Below, in pieces: positions 48,723 through 62,110 of a stretch of 64,000 nt of DNA. Numbering within the stretch: the stretch's first letter is position 1; every line of letters begins with the position of its first letter. Source of the stretch: Octopus sinensis (lineage: Eukaryota); contig NC_042999.1 in assembly GCF_006345805.1 (NCBI RefSeq), positions 110,422,001-110,486,000 on the forward strand, given 5' to 3'. The translations under genes were made by a program, and so were the position numbers. The notes under the pieces are model-generated. The model ran no database searches and was not told the origin of the DNA. It saw only the letters and a list, made by a program, of their open reading frames with translations.

Positions 48723-49672
48723 CAGGCTGTGATGGGTAAATTGTTGCCATACAGTTTTAATTTCATTTTAATTCCATGTTTTAATTTCATGCATGTGCAT
48801 TGTTTGTTTTTGATTTTGTTGACTACACAGCATAGTAGGGTACACAGCATAGTAGGGTCAGTTGGGCACTATCTGTCAGAAAAAAAAACATGATGCAACT
48901 CACTCTGCCAGAAATTTGGAAATAATATGCTACACTGCTTGGCATTCACACCAGAAGCTCCAATATGAACATTTCAGTGTTTGGGTGTCAATCTGAGGAC
49001 AGTGCAATCTGAGGACAGTTCAATCTGAGGACAGTTCAATCTGAGGACAGTGCAATCTGAGGAGATGTACCAAGAGTGATAAAAATCAAACATCCAGCCA
49101 ACATCATGGTATTCAGAGTGATCACATGTGAATGCAACATTATGCCTCCATTCATCTTTCTACACTGCCTCACACTCAACACAAAGGCCTACATCATCAT
49201 GTGTGTAGAAGGCAGAGCTGCTGGAGGACCCTTTGTCTGACAACAGGACTCTGCACCATGCCACATCAGCAGGTGAACCCAGTCGTGGCTGTCAGACAAT
49301 TTCTGCAACAACATCACTCCTAACATCTGGCCATTTAACTCCCCAGACTGCAATTCTTTTGATTATTATGTGCAGCATGCAGTTGAGTGAGACACCAACA
49401 AAACTCCTTGTAACACCAAAAATGAACTGAAGGCAAGGATTATGGTAGCACTCACCAACTTAAATAAGAAGACCATCCAGAAGAGTTGCAGAAGATTCTG
49501 AAGTCGTCTACAGGCTGTGGTTGAAGCCAAAGGCAATTTTATTGAATAAATTTACTCTTTAGTATTTCAAGATATTTTTTATGTAATTTTGGTAAATATA
49601 TCTGTTAAAACGAGATGTCAGTGTTATTTTCATTTTTGTGTAATTTAGACAACAGATATTCACTGCACCCTG
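48723..49672 (+). mobile_element. Internally deleted maT/DD37D Tc1-mariner transposon
   Basis: TA flanks (48721-22, 49673-74) and imperfect CAGG(C/G)TG TIRs. 49076-49549 reads ...QQDSAPCHISR*TQSWLSDNFCNNITPNIWPFNSPDCNSFDYY...AVVEAKGNFIE*, with 37 residues between the second and third D. Confidence 0.85.
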
Positions 49673-49949
49673 TATATGCACACACACACACACACATATA
49701 TACATAAATACTTATACATGTAGTCTTTTATTCTTTTGTTTGTTTCAGTCATTGGACTGTGGCCATGCTGGAGCACCGCCTTTAGTCGGACAAATCAATC
49801 CCAAGACTTATTCTTTGTAAGCCTAATATTTATTCTATCAGTCACTTTTGCCAAACCACTAAGTTACAGGGACATAAACACACCAACATCGGAGTCAAAT
49901 GATGGTGGGGGCATCAGGAAAAAAACAGACACACAAACATATACATATT

Positions 49950-50010
<61 letters not shown>

Positions 50011-51767
50011 TATACGATGAGCTTCTTTCAGTTTCTGTCTGCCAAATCTATTCACATGGTTTTGGTCATCCCAAGGCTATAGCAGAAGACTCTTGCCCAA
50101 GGTGCCATGCAATGGACTGAACCCAGAACCATGTGGTTGGGAAGCAAGCTTCTTACTACAGAGCCACACATATCTATAACTATATAAGAGAGTTTGAGAG
50201 TGTGTGTGTGTGCATATGTTCCTTATGCATTCCAAAACTGAGCTGTCGATTTTGACATAATGGGCGTCAAAAGGTTCAGTAAGCTTTTGGCTACCAACTA
50301 AACTATATTTTCATTCACATATTTGCAACACAAATTTAACATTATCATTTTTCTTTTAGTCACCTATCGCAAACAACATTTTATATTACCACCACAATGA
50401 TGATGACGTCACATTTTCTATATGAGTGTGTTTGCACATTCATTATCTATGTTAGGCTGATGACTGACAAGTATATGTGCATGATGGTGTATGATCCTTC
50501 TTAAGAACAGAAAGCACTTTCATGCAAACCCAAGTAAATTGTACCCTTGCCCTTCACTATTAAACAAAAAATAACTTTCATTATTCCATTAACTATATAT
50601 CAGCTATGCTGATTCTGCATATAAGAAAGGAGCAAATAATACAATGTGTTTGTATGTCATAACAGCCAGGCAATGCCAAGATGCATTGGTTATGTATGTA
50701 TGTATGTATGTATGTATGTATGTATGTATGCATGTATATACATACATATATATATGTTATGGGTGTACAGTTAGATGTACTACTATTACTGTATGAGTTA
50801 AAACTCCACCAAGGTTATCATTATCCACTCAACTTCCAGCATAGGGATTAGTCAACCACTGTACTTGATAGTGTTACTAGTTATTATATATATAAGATGA
50901 ACACAAATATAAAATTTCTGTTTCTATGCCCGTTTCACCATTGCAGGCATTTGGAACTCAACACTGAGTATTCCTAGTGCATTTGGATGCTAAACCACAA
51001 TGCATTATCAGAGGAACACTTTATTTCATTCTGTGTTACAAAGAAGGCTGACAGAGAAAATAATCTGTGTATGTGGCATGGATGTTAGAATGATGATGAT
51101 GATGATGACGATGATGACGATGACTATGACGATGATAGTGACACTCACAGACAGACAGAAAAACACATATACAGACAGGCAAACACATGCACACAAACTT
51201 ATAAGTATGAATACACACATGTGTGCGCAGGTGCATGCATGCACACACAGACACATGCACATACACACACATGCAAACACACACATTACATATTCGTAAG
51301 CTCTTATAGCCAAAACGAACTAAAGAACTTATACTAAAGATTACTTTGGGTTATATCTAAAGGTTCAAGCTGTCACTGCAAGTCATAAAATTAATTAATT
51401 TACAAATACAGTGATGGCTTTAACATTTAGGCATAATTCAAAGTAATCTTTAGTCTGAGAATTACAACAGTTGACACATTAGTAATTCATGTAACAGAAA
51501 CTAACAGCTGAAAAGAAGTCTAATATTAAAATCAGTCTAATTTGATTCAGTGATAAGCATAACAACACTAGGTATTAACCCTTTTGATACGGACTTGAAT
51601 GAGACTGCCCTTTGTTCTTTGATATATGCTCCCTGATTTAAAGGGATTTAGATTAATACATTCAATCAAAATCACATATTGATTTATGTTCCAGTCGCCA
51701 GGACAGAGTTATTTTACTGAATTCTTAGTTTATTTTCAAAATTAACTGGAACAAAGGCATCATTAAC

Positions 51768-52043
51768 ATTATCATCACCATCATCATCATCATTATCATC
51801 ATCATCATCTTCATCATCCTCATCATCATCACTATCACCATCATGATCATCACCATCATGATCATGATCATGATCATGATCATCTTCATCATCATCATCA
51901 TCATCATCATCGTCGTCGTTGTCGTCGTCATCATCACCACCACCACCACCACCATCACCACCACTACCACCACCACCGCCACCGCCACCACCACCATCAT
52001 CACCATCATCATCATCCTCCTCTTCATCACCATCATCATCACC

Positions 52044-52075
<32 letters not shown>

Positions 52076-52232
52076 CTTCATCACCATCATCATCATCACC
52101 ATCACCATCATCGTCATCGTCATCATCATCATCATCACCATCATCATCATCACCCTCATCATCACCACCACCACTACCACCACCACCACCCTCCTCCTCC
52201 TCCTCCTTATCATCATCGTCATCATCATCATC
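51768..52232. repeat. ~460-bp compound (CAT/CAC/CCT)n tract grown from an RTE tail
   Basis: It runs directly into the family C sequence at ~52232-52400. Confidence 0.9.
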
Positions 52233-53396
52233 AATTCATGTCTGTTTTCCATGCTGACGGTTTGATGAGAAAACTAGTAGGCTGGGGAGCTGCACCAGGT
52301 TCCAATCTGATCTAGCATGGTTTCTTACAGCTGGATGCCCTTTCTAATGCCAGTTGCTCCAAGTGTGTAGTGGGTGCTTTTTATGCGCCTCCAGCACAGG
52401 TGCTAATTATGAAACACCGGCATCAACCAGTGCATTACAATAGAAATATGGTAACAAAACGTTTCATATGATTTTATAAAGGTGTTAAAATGTAGGATAT
52501 CCAATTGCTGATGAAAGTGGTGGGGGGAAAAACACAGACACACAAACACACACATAGACACACACACATAGACACACAGACAGACACACAGACACATACA
52601 TGCACAAACACACACACAATGGGCTCCTTTCAGTTTGCGTCTACCAAACCCACTTACAAAGTTCTGGTTGGTTGGAGACACTTGCACACGGTTTCACCAC
52701 TTGCTCAATCTTTTACTATTCACTGTAAGGTTGTATGATAAATATGACAGAAACTTTATGTCTGTCTAATGTATCAAGTAAATTTAATTAATGTATTTAA
52801 TTATGCTACAGCTGTAGTGATTGCCAAAAATTTAGGCTTATTCAAAGTAATGTTTAGTGCAAGAAATAACCACTGCTGGCATGTCAGTAATTTACATAAA
52901 AGACTTGTGTGTGTGTGTGTGTGTGTGTGTGTGCATATGTATATCAAAATTAATCCAGCCTTTGAAACTATACCAAATCAGGCTGGAACCTGGTGCAGCC
53001 CTCCAGCTTACCAATTCCAAACCCATGCCAGCATAGAAAGTAGACGTTAAATGATGAGGATGATGATGATGATGATGAGGAGGAGGATGATGATGATGAT
53101 GATGATACAAATATACGCATATATTCTTTTATTTATTTTTTCACTTGCTTCAGTCATTTGACTGTGGCCATGCTGGAGCAGCACCTTATGCTACAACCAT
53201 CATCATAATTAAACATCTGCTTCCCATACTGGTATGGGTTATACAGTTTTACAGGTACTTGGAAGGCCAAAGAGTGGTACCAGGCTCCAATGGTCTGTTC
53301 TGGCATGGTTTCTAATGTCAACCTCTTTACAAATTGCATTGAGTGATTTTTACATGGCACCAGAACACACACACACACGCACACATGCACACGCGT

Positions 53397-53443
<47 letters not shown>

Positions 53444-53650
53444 TATACGTCATTAAGTCATTTTGTTTATTTATTCTCATTTACTTAGTATTTTGAATCA
53501 AGAAATTTGGTCTCTAACATCTTATATGACCTGACATAACAATTAAGTTCCCGAATTTCTCATTAAATAAATTACTTTATATTAATTAAATGAAGGAGTA
53601 GATAATTTAACTATATAAACATATTACATTACGAAACAAAAGACATCTAT

Positions 53651-54023
53651 AACAAGAGCACTCAGAAAGCACAAACCTCTGCCAAAGTGATACTAATATC
53701 CTGTCAATGGTTAGACAGAGATGATTTTTAAAATGAGAATATCTGAAATAAACTCAACTGCTCTCAGAAGTGAGAATACTAAAAATGAACCCAACTGCTC
53801 TCAAAAATTAAGTAAAAAAAAAAACAGAAAAATAATTCAGGATCCTTGTCCGGTACTGGATTGATCTCGAAATCTAATCAGTTTGTGCCAGTCATGAGGC
53901 CAAACATCTCTGAAAGTTTCATCTGAATTCATCCTGCGGTTCTTGAGATATCTTGTCCATGGACAAACAAACAAACAAACACAACTGAAAACAATACCTC
54001 CTTCGTCGCTAAGGTGGAGGTAA
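53651..54023 (+). mobile_element. Helentron-associated (HINE/DINE-like) element, second copy
   Basis: AACAAGAGCACTCAGAAAGCACAAACCTCTGCCAAAG start, (CAAA)n near the end, terminal hairpin ACCTCCTTCGTCGCTAAGGTGGAGGTAA. Confidence 0.6.
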
Positions 54024-54677
54024 ACATTAGTGAAGTAGAACATGCTAGAAATGTTAGTTTGCCTAGTCCTCTCACTTGAAGCATATTAATAATTTGAAAA
54101 ACTTTAACTATGTTTCCAAACTGCTGGATACCTTGTCTTTGCCAAATATAGAATTAGATTTGTTATGCCAGATTGGTTTGAAGGATTTGATCAAAGCCTT
54201 TGCTCTCAAAGAAACTATTAGTAAAAAAATGTTATAAGTGGGTAACATTAATCATTATTTGACATTTGTTTCCTCATCATGTATGTTGAAATGAAGGACG
54301 TTGTATCTTCATAGTTAGAAACCAAACAGATAAAAAATGTTTTGATGTTTGTTTCATTTCATACAAATAACGATGTTTCCTCATTGGAAATTCAGAAAAA
54401 AATTGTTTGCTGGTAACATAACATACTGAAGAAAGAATTATCAATATACTTGAGTATTTGTATTTTTGCCTTACAACAGTTTTTTTACTTTTTAAAATGG
54501 AAAAAAAAATGTAATGAAAATTTGAACGTTTTCCTTGTTACTATACTTTGTTGTATCTTGGGAGAGTCATTATGTCAATAATGTGTATTTGCAAACCAAA
54601 TGCAAAATCAAAACTTGTTACCATAAATTATAACTAATTAATTTGACTATATTGCTTACTGCTATTTAGTGTCAATA

Positions 54678-55062
<385 letters not shown>

Positions 55063-55698
55063 ATTATTATCATTATTATTATTGATGATGATGATGATGA
55101 TAAATGCCCTGATGCAGTACCAGGCTCTGGCTCTCATGGCTTCTGAGCTTAACTGATAGGAAGTATTATCATGTATATTGTTTTATCTTTGTACAAAAGA
55201 TGAGCGAAAGTAAATATTCTGCTCCATACCACAGATTTGCTTGTCAGTTGTCTGACCATAACCAGTTAAGTATGTCCCTTAGTGGCCGACAATAAGTCAT
55301 CTCTGATCTCAAGCAGAAGTAGTGGGGGAGCATCATAGCCATGTGTTGATAGGAATTCACCTCTGGAAACATGGGTTTTCACTCAATATCCTTAAATAAT
55401 GCTCATTCAGGGAGCTTTTGACTGGAATGTGCTACTCGACCTGATGAAAATTCTAACTGAGCCCCACCTGCAAGGTCATGTGCTGTGAATCTTAAAATGA
55501 GATCACCATGTTGTGCACATATGGTTGTGATGCATGTGCCTAGTGTACCCTTATCAAACGGGTAGTCATGATGGGTATACTGGGCTTTGCATATTTCACC
55601 CCAGTGTCACTTTGATGGCATGCACTGCTCTCTCACTCAATAACGATAATAATGATCAGAGCTTCTTATCCCAAAACTACTAAGTCAACTTCATGTAA

Positions 55699-56013
55699 AA
55701 TGGAACAGACCCAAAGTGCCGGTACTGCAATGATGTGATTGAAACAGTGGACTGTCTAATCTCTGGGTGTCAGGCTTTAGCACCAGTAAAGTATAAATTG
55801 AGACATGGCAGCATTGGCCAGTATCTACACTGGATAATATGTCAGCATTATAAAATCAAAACTGCTGACAAATGGTATATGCACCATCCTGAGGCTGTAA
55901 CTGAAGGAGGAAATGCAACAATTCTTTGGGACTTTCTAGTACATACAGACTGAACCATCAAAGTTAATAAACCTGATGTTGTTGTGAAAGACCAAAACAA
56001 TAAAATCTACTTT
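55699..56013 (+). pseudogene. R4/Dong-clade non-LTR retrotransposon C-terminal relic (Zn knuckle plus restriction-like endonuclease)
   Basis: DPKCRYCNDVIETVDCLISGCQALAPVKYKLRHGSIGQYLHWIICQHYKIKTADKWYMHHPEAVTEGGNATILWDFLVHTD*TIKVNKPDVVVKD shows the CxxC...ETxx(H)xxSGC, RH, KWYxH, ILWDF and PD motifs. Confidence 0.85.
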
Positions 56014-56850
56014 GTGTGTGTAATTATGCATGCAGATATCATACCACACAGAAAAATTCTATAGAAAAGTTGAAATTGAGAATGGTAACAAAACTCTTCT
56101 AAAAGCATTGTCTCAGCATGGCCAAAGTCTAAAGACTAAAATAGGTGGAAGAGCTAAAAAGATATTTTTTATTTCATTTATTTGTTTATTTATTTTTGTG
56201 GCATAGATGCAAAGATGCTACTTGATATATAGATGAACCGATGGATGGATAAATAGATAAATAGATAGATAGATAACTTTCTTTATTGGCTACACAGGGC
56301 TGAACACAGAGGGAACAAATACAAATGTAGAGCTTTTCTTTTCAGAAGTGAAAAAGAAAAAAGTAAAAAAAAAGGTAAAATTCCAATCAAAAGGGATCAG
56401 GGAAAAAAAAATAATGATCAAAAGGGATCATATATCACAGAAGAAATTTAAAAATGTAAAAAGGAAGATTAGGTTTATATGTGGAAAGAAAAGCCTATGG
56501 AAAAACCATGGTAAACTCAGGCAGGGAGGGAATAAACACATGAGAGCAAAAAGCTCTCTCTCTCTCTCTTTTTTCGATTTACAGGATCATACTCAAAGTG
56601 GTTTCATCACTTGCACACACCATCTTTGCTACATTCACCCACCTATTTTTGAAACCTTCATGAGACAAAACCTGTCTCTCCATTCTCACCTTCATTTTCA
56701 AGTGATACTTGAAAAAGTTGATGAGTGATTGGCCAGAGAGGTAAGTGTTTGTCTCTAATCTTTTTGCTCCAGTCCACCAAACACATTCTTTAACTATGGC
56801 CACCAGTACGATGAAGATTGCCTTGCCTTCCCAGTTGAGGGAAGACAAAT

Positions 56851-56922
56851 AGGTAGATAGATAGATAGATAGGTATAGATAGATAGATAGATAGATATAG
56901 ATAGATAGATAGATAGATAGAT

Positions 56923-56958
<36 letters not shown>

Positions 56959-57048
56959 ATAGATAGATGGATAGATAGATGGATAGATGGATGGATAGGT
57001 GGATGAATGAATCGATCAACCAATTGATAGATAGATTGTTAGATAGAT
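56851..57048. repeat. (GATA)n/(GATG)n tract
   Basis: Seen directly. Confidence 0.95.
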
Positions 57049-57730
57049 GGATGCAAAAATGGATGGGTTAGAAGATAGGCTGAATGATGCATACTAATGG
57101 AATTATTTGGGATTTAAGATTAGTTAAAGGTGTCAAAACTACAAACAAAAAATATCTAAAAGTCCATGGCAATTGTCTCAGATTGATAGCACCAAATTCT
57201 TTACAGTGTCGTTTTTTAAGGTTTGTATTTTTTGTTGATGTTTTTTGTATAATTCATTCCTTTTCATCATTATTATTCCAGGAAAATCCACATGTTGCAG
57301 AGATAAAAAGACATTTTAAGTATTTTATTTTGTTTTGTTGTTTTTTCTTTTCTTCTTTTTTTTTTGTCCAGATTTCACATTCTACCAGTATTGTGTTTTT
57401 TGTTTTTGTTGATTAGTTCTGGCTCAGTTCTGATTGAGGAGACTCATAATTAAAGGCATTCCAATTATGACTATCTCATCTATTTTGTTTTATCTTTTAT
57501 CTTTTTTTTTATTACAAACGAGAGTATCTTAGATAATATTATCCAATTTGTTCTCATTTTTTTTAAGTGCTAAGATTAATGTGATGGATATAGGGCTGTT
57601 ATTTCTAGCAAGTCAAGCAACCACAAAGTGGATTTTTTTTTCATTGGCTTGTGTGTTCTCGTTCTACACAGTAAGATTGATGAAATAAGCATTGTAAATA
57701 CTTATTGCTCTTCCTATTGCCAACTCTTAC

Positions 57731-57780
57731 CATTTTTGTACAAATAGAGGAATTCTTCATTACATAAGCCTTTGAGAAAG
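57731..57780 (-). CDS. Candidate 50-nt exon (FLKGLCNEEFLYLYKN or FSKAYVMKNSSICTKM)
   Basis: Acceptor CTACTACTATTTAG, strong donor ATG|GTAAGA, two open frames. Confidence 0.3.
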
Positions 57781-58218
57781 CTAAATAGTAGTAGTAGTAA
57801 TAGTAGCGGCAGCAGCAGCAGTAGTAGTAGTGGTGGTAGTAGTATTAGTATTAGTATTAGTAGTAGTAGTAGTAGTATGGGGTCATTGCACTGTAACCGC
57901 ACCTTGTTGCATCCACCATTTGTTGGTGATTCCCTACTCCTGGCGAATGATAACTTTGCACCACTCAGTTGACAACCTTCCAAACCATAGGTTTGTGTTG
58001 GTTAGTCATTGCTGGTGAGGGTTTTACAAGCTGTCAGCGTGCAAATCCTACCTCGAGCTCTTTTAGTTGCCTTTTTCGACACGCAGAGGAAATATTGGGT
58101 CTATTCTTTGACGTGCCAGTCCCATCACAACACAAAGAGCTGAGTGACCAATCATAATGTCAACAATGATTATCAACGCTTCAATCAAGTGTTGACAAGC
58201 AAGGAACACAAATATTGG

Positions 58219-59050
58219 TTTTAAATTTCAGCAACAGATCACTAATTTTGGGGTAGAGGCTAAGTCGATTACACTGGTTCCAGTGATCAACTGGTACTTA
58301 TTTTATTGAGCACAAAAGATAAAAAGCAAAGTTAACCTCGGCATAATTTGAACTCAGAATGTAAAGGTGGATGAAATATTCTTTTCTACTCTAGGCACAA
58401 GGATCGAAATCCTTGGGGAGGGGGCCAGTTGATTAGATCAACCCCAGTACACAACTGGTATTTAATTTATTGACTCCGAAAGGATGAAAGGCAAAGTTGA
58501 CCTCAGTGGAATTTGAGCTGAGAACAAGAAGATGGATGAAATATTGCTAACCAAGCCTGGCGTGCTAATAATTCTACTAGCTTACCCTCTTAAGGAATAT
58601 TAATATTAGCTTCAAATTTTGGGACAAGGCCAGTAACTTTGTGGGAGAGAGTAAGTCAGTTACATCGACACCATTGCTCAGCTGGTACCTAGTTTACTGA
58701 CCCCTAAAGGATGAAAGGCAAAGTTAATTCCAATAGAATTTGAGCTGAGAATGAAAAGACATGAAATATTGCTAAGCACTTTGTCCAGCATGCTAAATGA
58801 TTCTGCCAGTTTCACTGCCTTTAGGAATACAAATATTGGTTTCAAATTTTGGCACAAGGCCAGCAACTTTTGGGGAGGAGATAAGTTGAGTACATCGATC
58901 CTAGTACTGAACTAGTACTTATTTTATCAACCCTGAAAGGATGAAAAGTGTTATCAACCTTGGTGGAATTTGAACTCAGAACAATAGAGACAGATAAAAT
59001 GCTGCTAAGCAACTTCCTTGGCACTAACAACTCTGCCAGCTCACTGCCTT
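58219..59050 (-). mobile_element. Tandem array of four SINE B bodies
   Basis: AGGAA(T/C)A(C/T)(A/T)AATATT(G/A) recurs at 58201, 58592, 58822 and 59051. The first interval holds a nested dimer joined at GAAATATT (~58375). Confidence 0.85.
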
Positions 59051-60198
59051 AAGGAATACAAATATTGAAACACTTGCACACACACACACTATGCAACGAA
59101 TTTTCACACATTAGCCTTCAACTTTGGAAATGGAAATCATTGTCAATCCACTCTCCCTATGGCATATCAAATAAATTTAGTCTAAGTCCCCCCCCCCAAC
59201 CTGAAACATTACTACAAAGGTCTTGGGTCACTCAATTGGCATCATGTCTTCCATCACAACTGACATTCACTTCCTCACTGCTACAAATGCGATCTGAAGA
59301 AGAGTACATCAATGACTAAGGTTCCAAGAGATTTCCTGTACATAGTTACTTCAATCAAAATATGACTTCTGCTATAAGTTATGAATTCTTGATGTATGTG
59401 TCATGCTCATTTTCTTGTCTTCTACTGTGAGTATATTAACTGACGTTCATACCTTTAAGGGTACAACAATGACGATGTTATCAAGAAGTTTGCTTTGCAA
59501 CAGTAAATGGTTTGGGTTCAGTCCCATTGCGAGGCACCTTGAGAATCTGTTTTCTACAATAGTCTTGGACCACTGAATGCTGTAAAAGGGTATCTGATAG
59601 ATGGAAACTGCAGGTAGCCTACCCTATATATCATTATCATCATCATCATCATCATCTTTGTAATCATTATTGTCCTTATTACTGTCATCATCATCATTGT
59701 CGTCGTCATCATCATCATCGCAATTCTCCTCTTCCTCCTCCTTATCATCATCAACATTGTCATGAACCTCAACATCATTATCATCAGTGTCTCTGTTTTA
59801 ATGTCCACCTGTCCATGCTTGCATGAGTCAGATAAAATCTGTTTTATTCTTTTACTTGTTTCAGTCCTTGCGGTCATGTTAGAGCACCGCCTTTTAATTG
59901 AACAAATTGACCCCAGGACTTATTCTTTGTAAGCCTAGTACTTATCCTATCGGTCACTTTTGCTGAACTGCTAACTTACGGGGATGTAAACACATCAACA
60001 TTGGTTGTCAAGTGATGGTTGGGGGGAAAACACAGACATACAAATACATATATGTATACATATATTACTAATTATCTTTTTTTAATAATTTTGATATATA
60101 TTTAAAATAATATAAATTAATTAATCTTATGTATTGGCTTAAGTTTTTCATTGTATGATTTGCCTAATAGTGGTTTTATCTCTAATTTAATATAATAT

Positions 60199-60253
<55 letters not shown>

Positions 60254-61339
60254 TATATATATACGATGGACTTCTTTCAGTTTCTGTCTACTAAATTCAC
60301 TCACAAGACTTTGGTTGGCCTGAGGCTTTAGTAGGAGACACTTGCCCAAGATGCCATGCAGTGGGACTGAACCCGGAACCATGTGATTGTTAAGCAAGCT
60401 TCTTACAACAAAGCTACTTTTGTAAAAGCCTAAGTACTAGGCTTACAAAGAATTAGTCCTGGGGTCGATTTGTTTGACTAAAACTCTTAAAGGCAATGCT
60501 CCAGCATGGGCACAGTCAAAATAAAAGAATAAGAATATCTATGAAGATAAAGCATAGTTGTGATAGTTACTTCTTAAATCAATGGTATTCGCACCAACAC
60601 TGAAGGGAGTGTAATTTTTTTCTGTGTTCAAATCCTGCTGATATCAACTCAGTCACTTACCCCTTCCAGGGTTGATAAAATACCAGTCTAGTCTCAGGGT
60701 TGTTTTAATTGTTTCATGCTTCTTGTTGCTTCTATAGTTACTGTTAGTTCTGTTATTGTACAGGCAATATCCAGTGTTTTGTTTGCAGCTATTTGCATGC
60801 TCACATACACTTTCTTTCCTTTTCAAATACCAACATTAGCATTCGGTGTATTTTACTTAACATGAATATACTACAAGAACACCACAATATAGTGGTATTC
60901 ACTTTAAGAAAGTATCTAAATACTGCAGTATTGTGGCTTTCTTCCCTATATCCATGTTAAGTAAGATATACTGAATGCTATTCTGAACTAAAGCTGGTTC
61001 CATCATCATCATCATCGACATCGTCGTAGTCACCATCCTCATCATCATTCAACGTTTGCCTTCCATGCTGGCATGGGTTTGACAAGAGCTGACTAGGCAG
61101 AAGACTGCACCAGACTCCTGTGTCTGTTTTGGCATGGTTTTTACTACTGGATGCTCTTCCTAATACCAACAAATCCACAGAGTGGAATGAGTGCTTTTTA
61201 TGTGGTGCCACTACTAACAAAATTTTTGCCAACATTTATTCTACTAAGTACCTATATCTTAAGAAGATTTTTAACCACAGGAAAAATAAAAACGAAATGG
61301 ACAAAGATAATCTGTATTCCTTCTCTGACAGCCTGCTGT

Positions 61340-61737
61340 GCTAACCTTGGATTGTAGAGTGCTTGAGGAGACCTACTGAGTCAAGTACATCAACACTAAC
61401 ATCAAAATAAAAATCAAATGGAAATTGTAGTTAAGATACCCGTGCCGGTGGCACGTAAAAAGCACCATCCGAACATGGCTGATGCCAGTGCTGCCTGACT
61501 GGCATCCGTGTTGGTAACACATAAAAAGTACCAACTGATCATGGCCGTTTACCAGCCTCCTCTGGCCCCTGTGCCAGTGGCACAGAGTGGTTGGCATTAG
61601 GAAGGGCATCCAACTGTAGAAACACTGCCAGATCAGTCTGGAGCCTGGTGCAACCCCTGGCTTCCCAGACCCCGGTCAAACCGTCCAAACCATGCTAGCA
61701 TGAAAAACAGACATTAAACGATGATGATGATGGTGAT
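61340..61737 (+). mobile_element. RTE 3' end including the last ORF2 codons, monomers and (GAT)n tail
   Basis: GTG CTT GAG GAG ACC TAC TGA (VLEETY*) resembles the RTE C-terminal VLEKT motif, followed by GGCACGTAAAAAGCACC monomers and the conserved tail. Confidence 0.8.
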
Positions 61738-61799
61738 GAACCACTGAGGTAGTTTCTATGAGATTTTGCAGTTTGCTAGAAATAGGAGACTTGTAAAGG

Positions 61800-62110
61800 C
61801 ATGTCGCTTAGTAGTTGGATATTTGGTTTGCACTTGTAAGGTCATGAGTTCAATTCTCAGCTGAACATTGTATCCTTGAGCAAGACACTTTATTTCCCAT
61901 TGCACCAGTCCACTCAGATGACAAAAATGAGTTGTGCCAGTATTTCAAAGGAGCAGCTTTGTCACATTCTGTGTCATGCTAAATCTTCTTGTGAACTACA
62001 TAGAGGGTATGCATGTCTGTGGAGTGCTCAGCCGCTTGCACATTAATTTCATGAGCAGGCTGTTTCATTGATCAGGTGAATTGGCACTCTCATCATCATC
62101 AAACCGACAG
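61800..62110 (+). mobile_element. SINE family D
   Basis: GAGTTCAATTCTC B-box, CCTTGAGCAAGACACTTTATTTC core, CACTCAGATGACAAAAATGAGT. Confidence 0.7.

Noticed and set aside
50174-50450. Second Helitron (TCTATAACTATATAAG start)
   Set aside because: The 5' end is suggestive, but no 3' hairpin-CTAG end was found.
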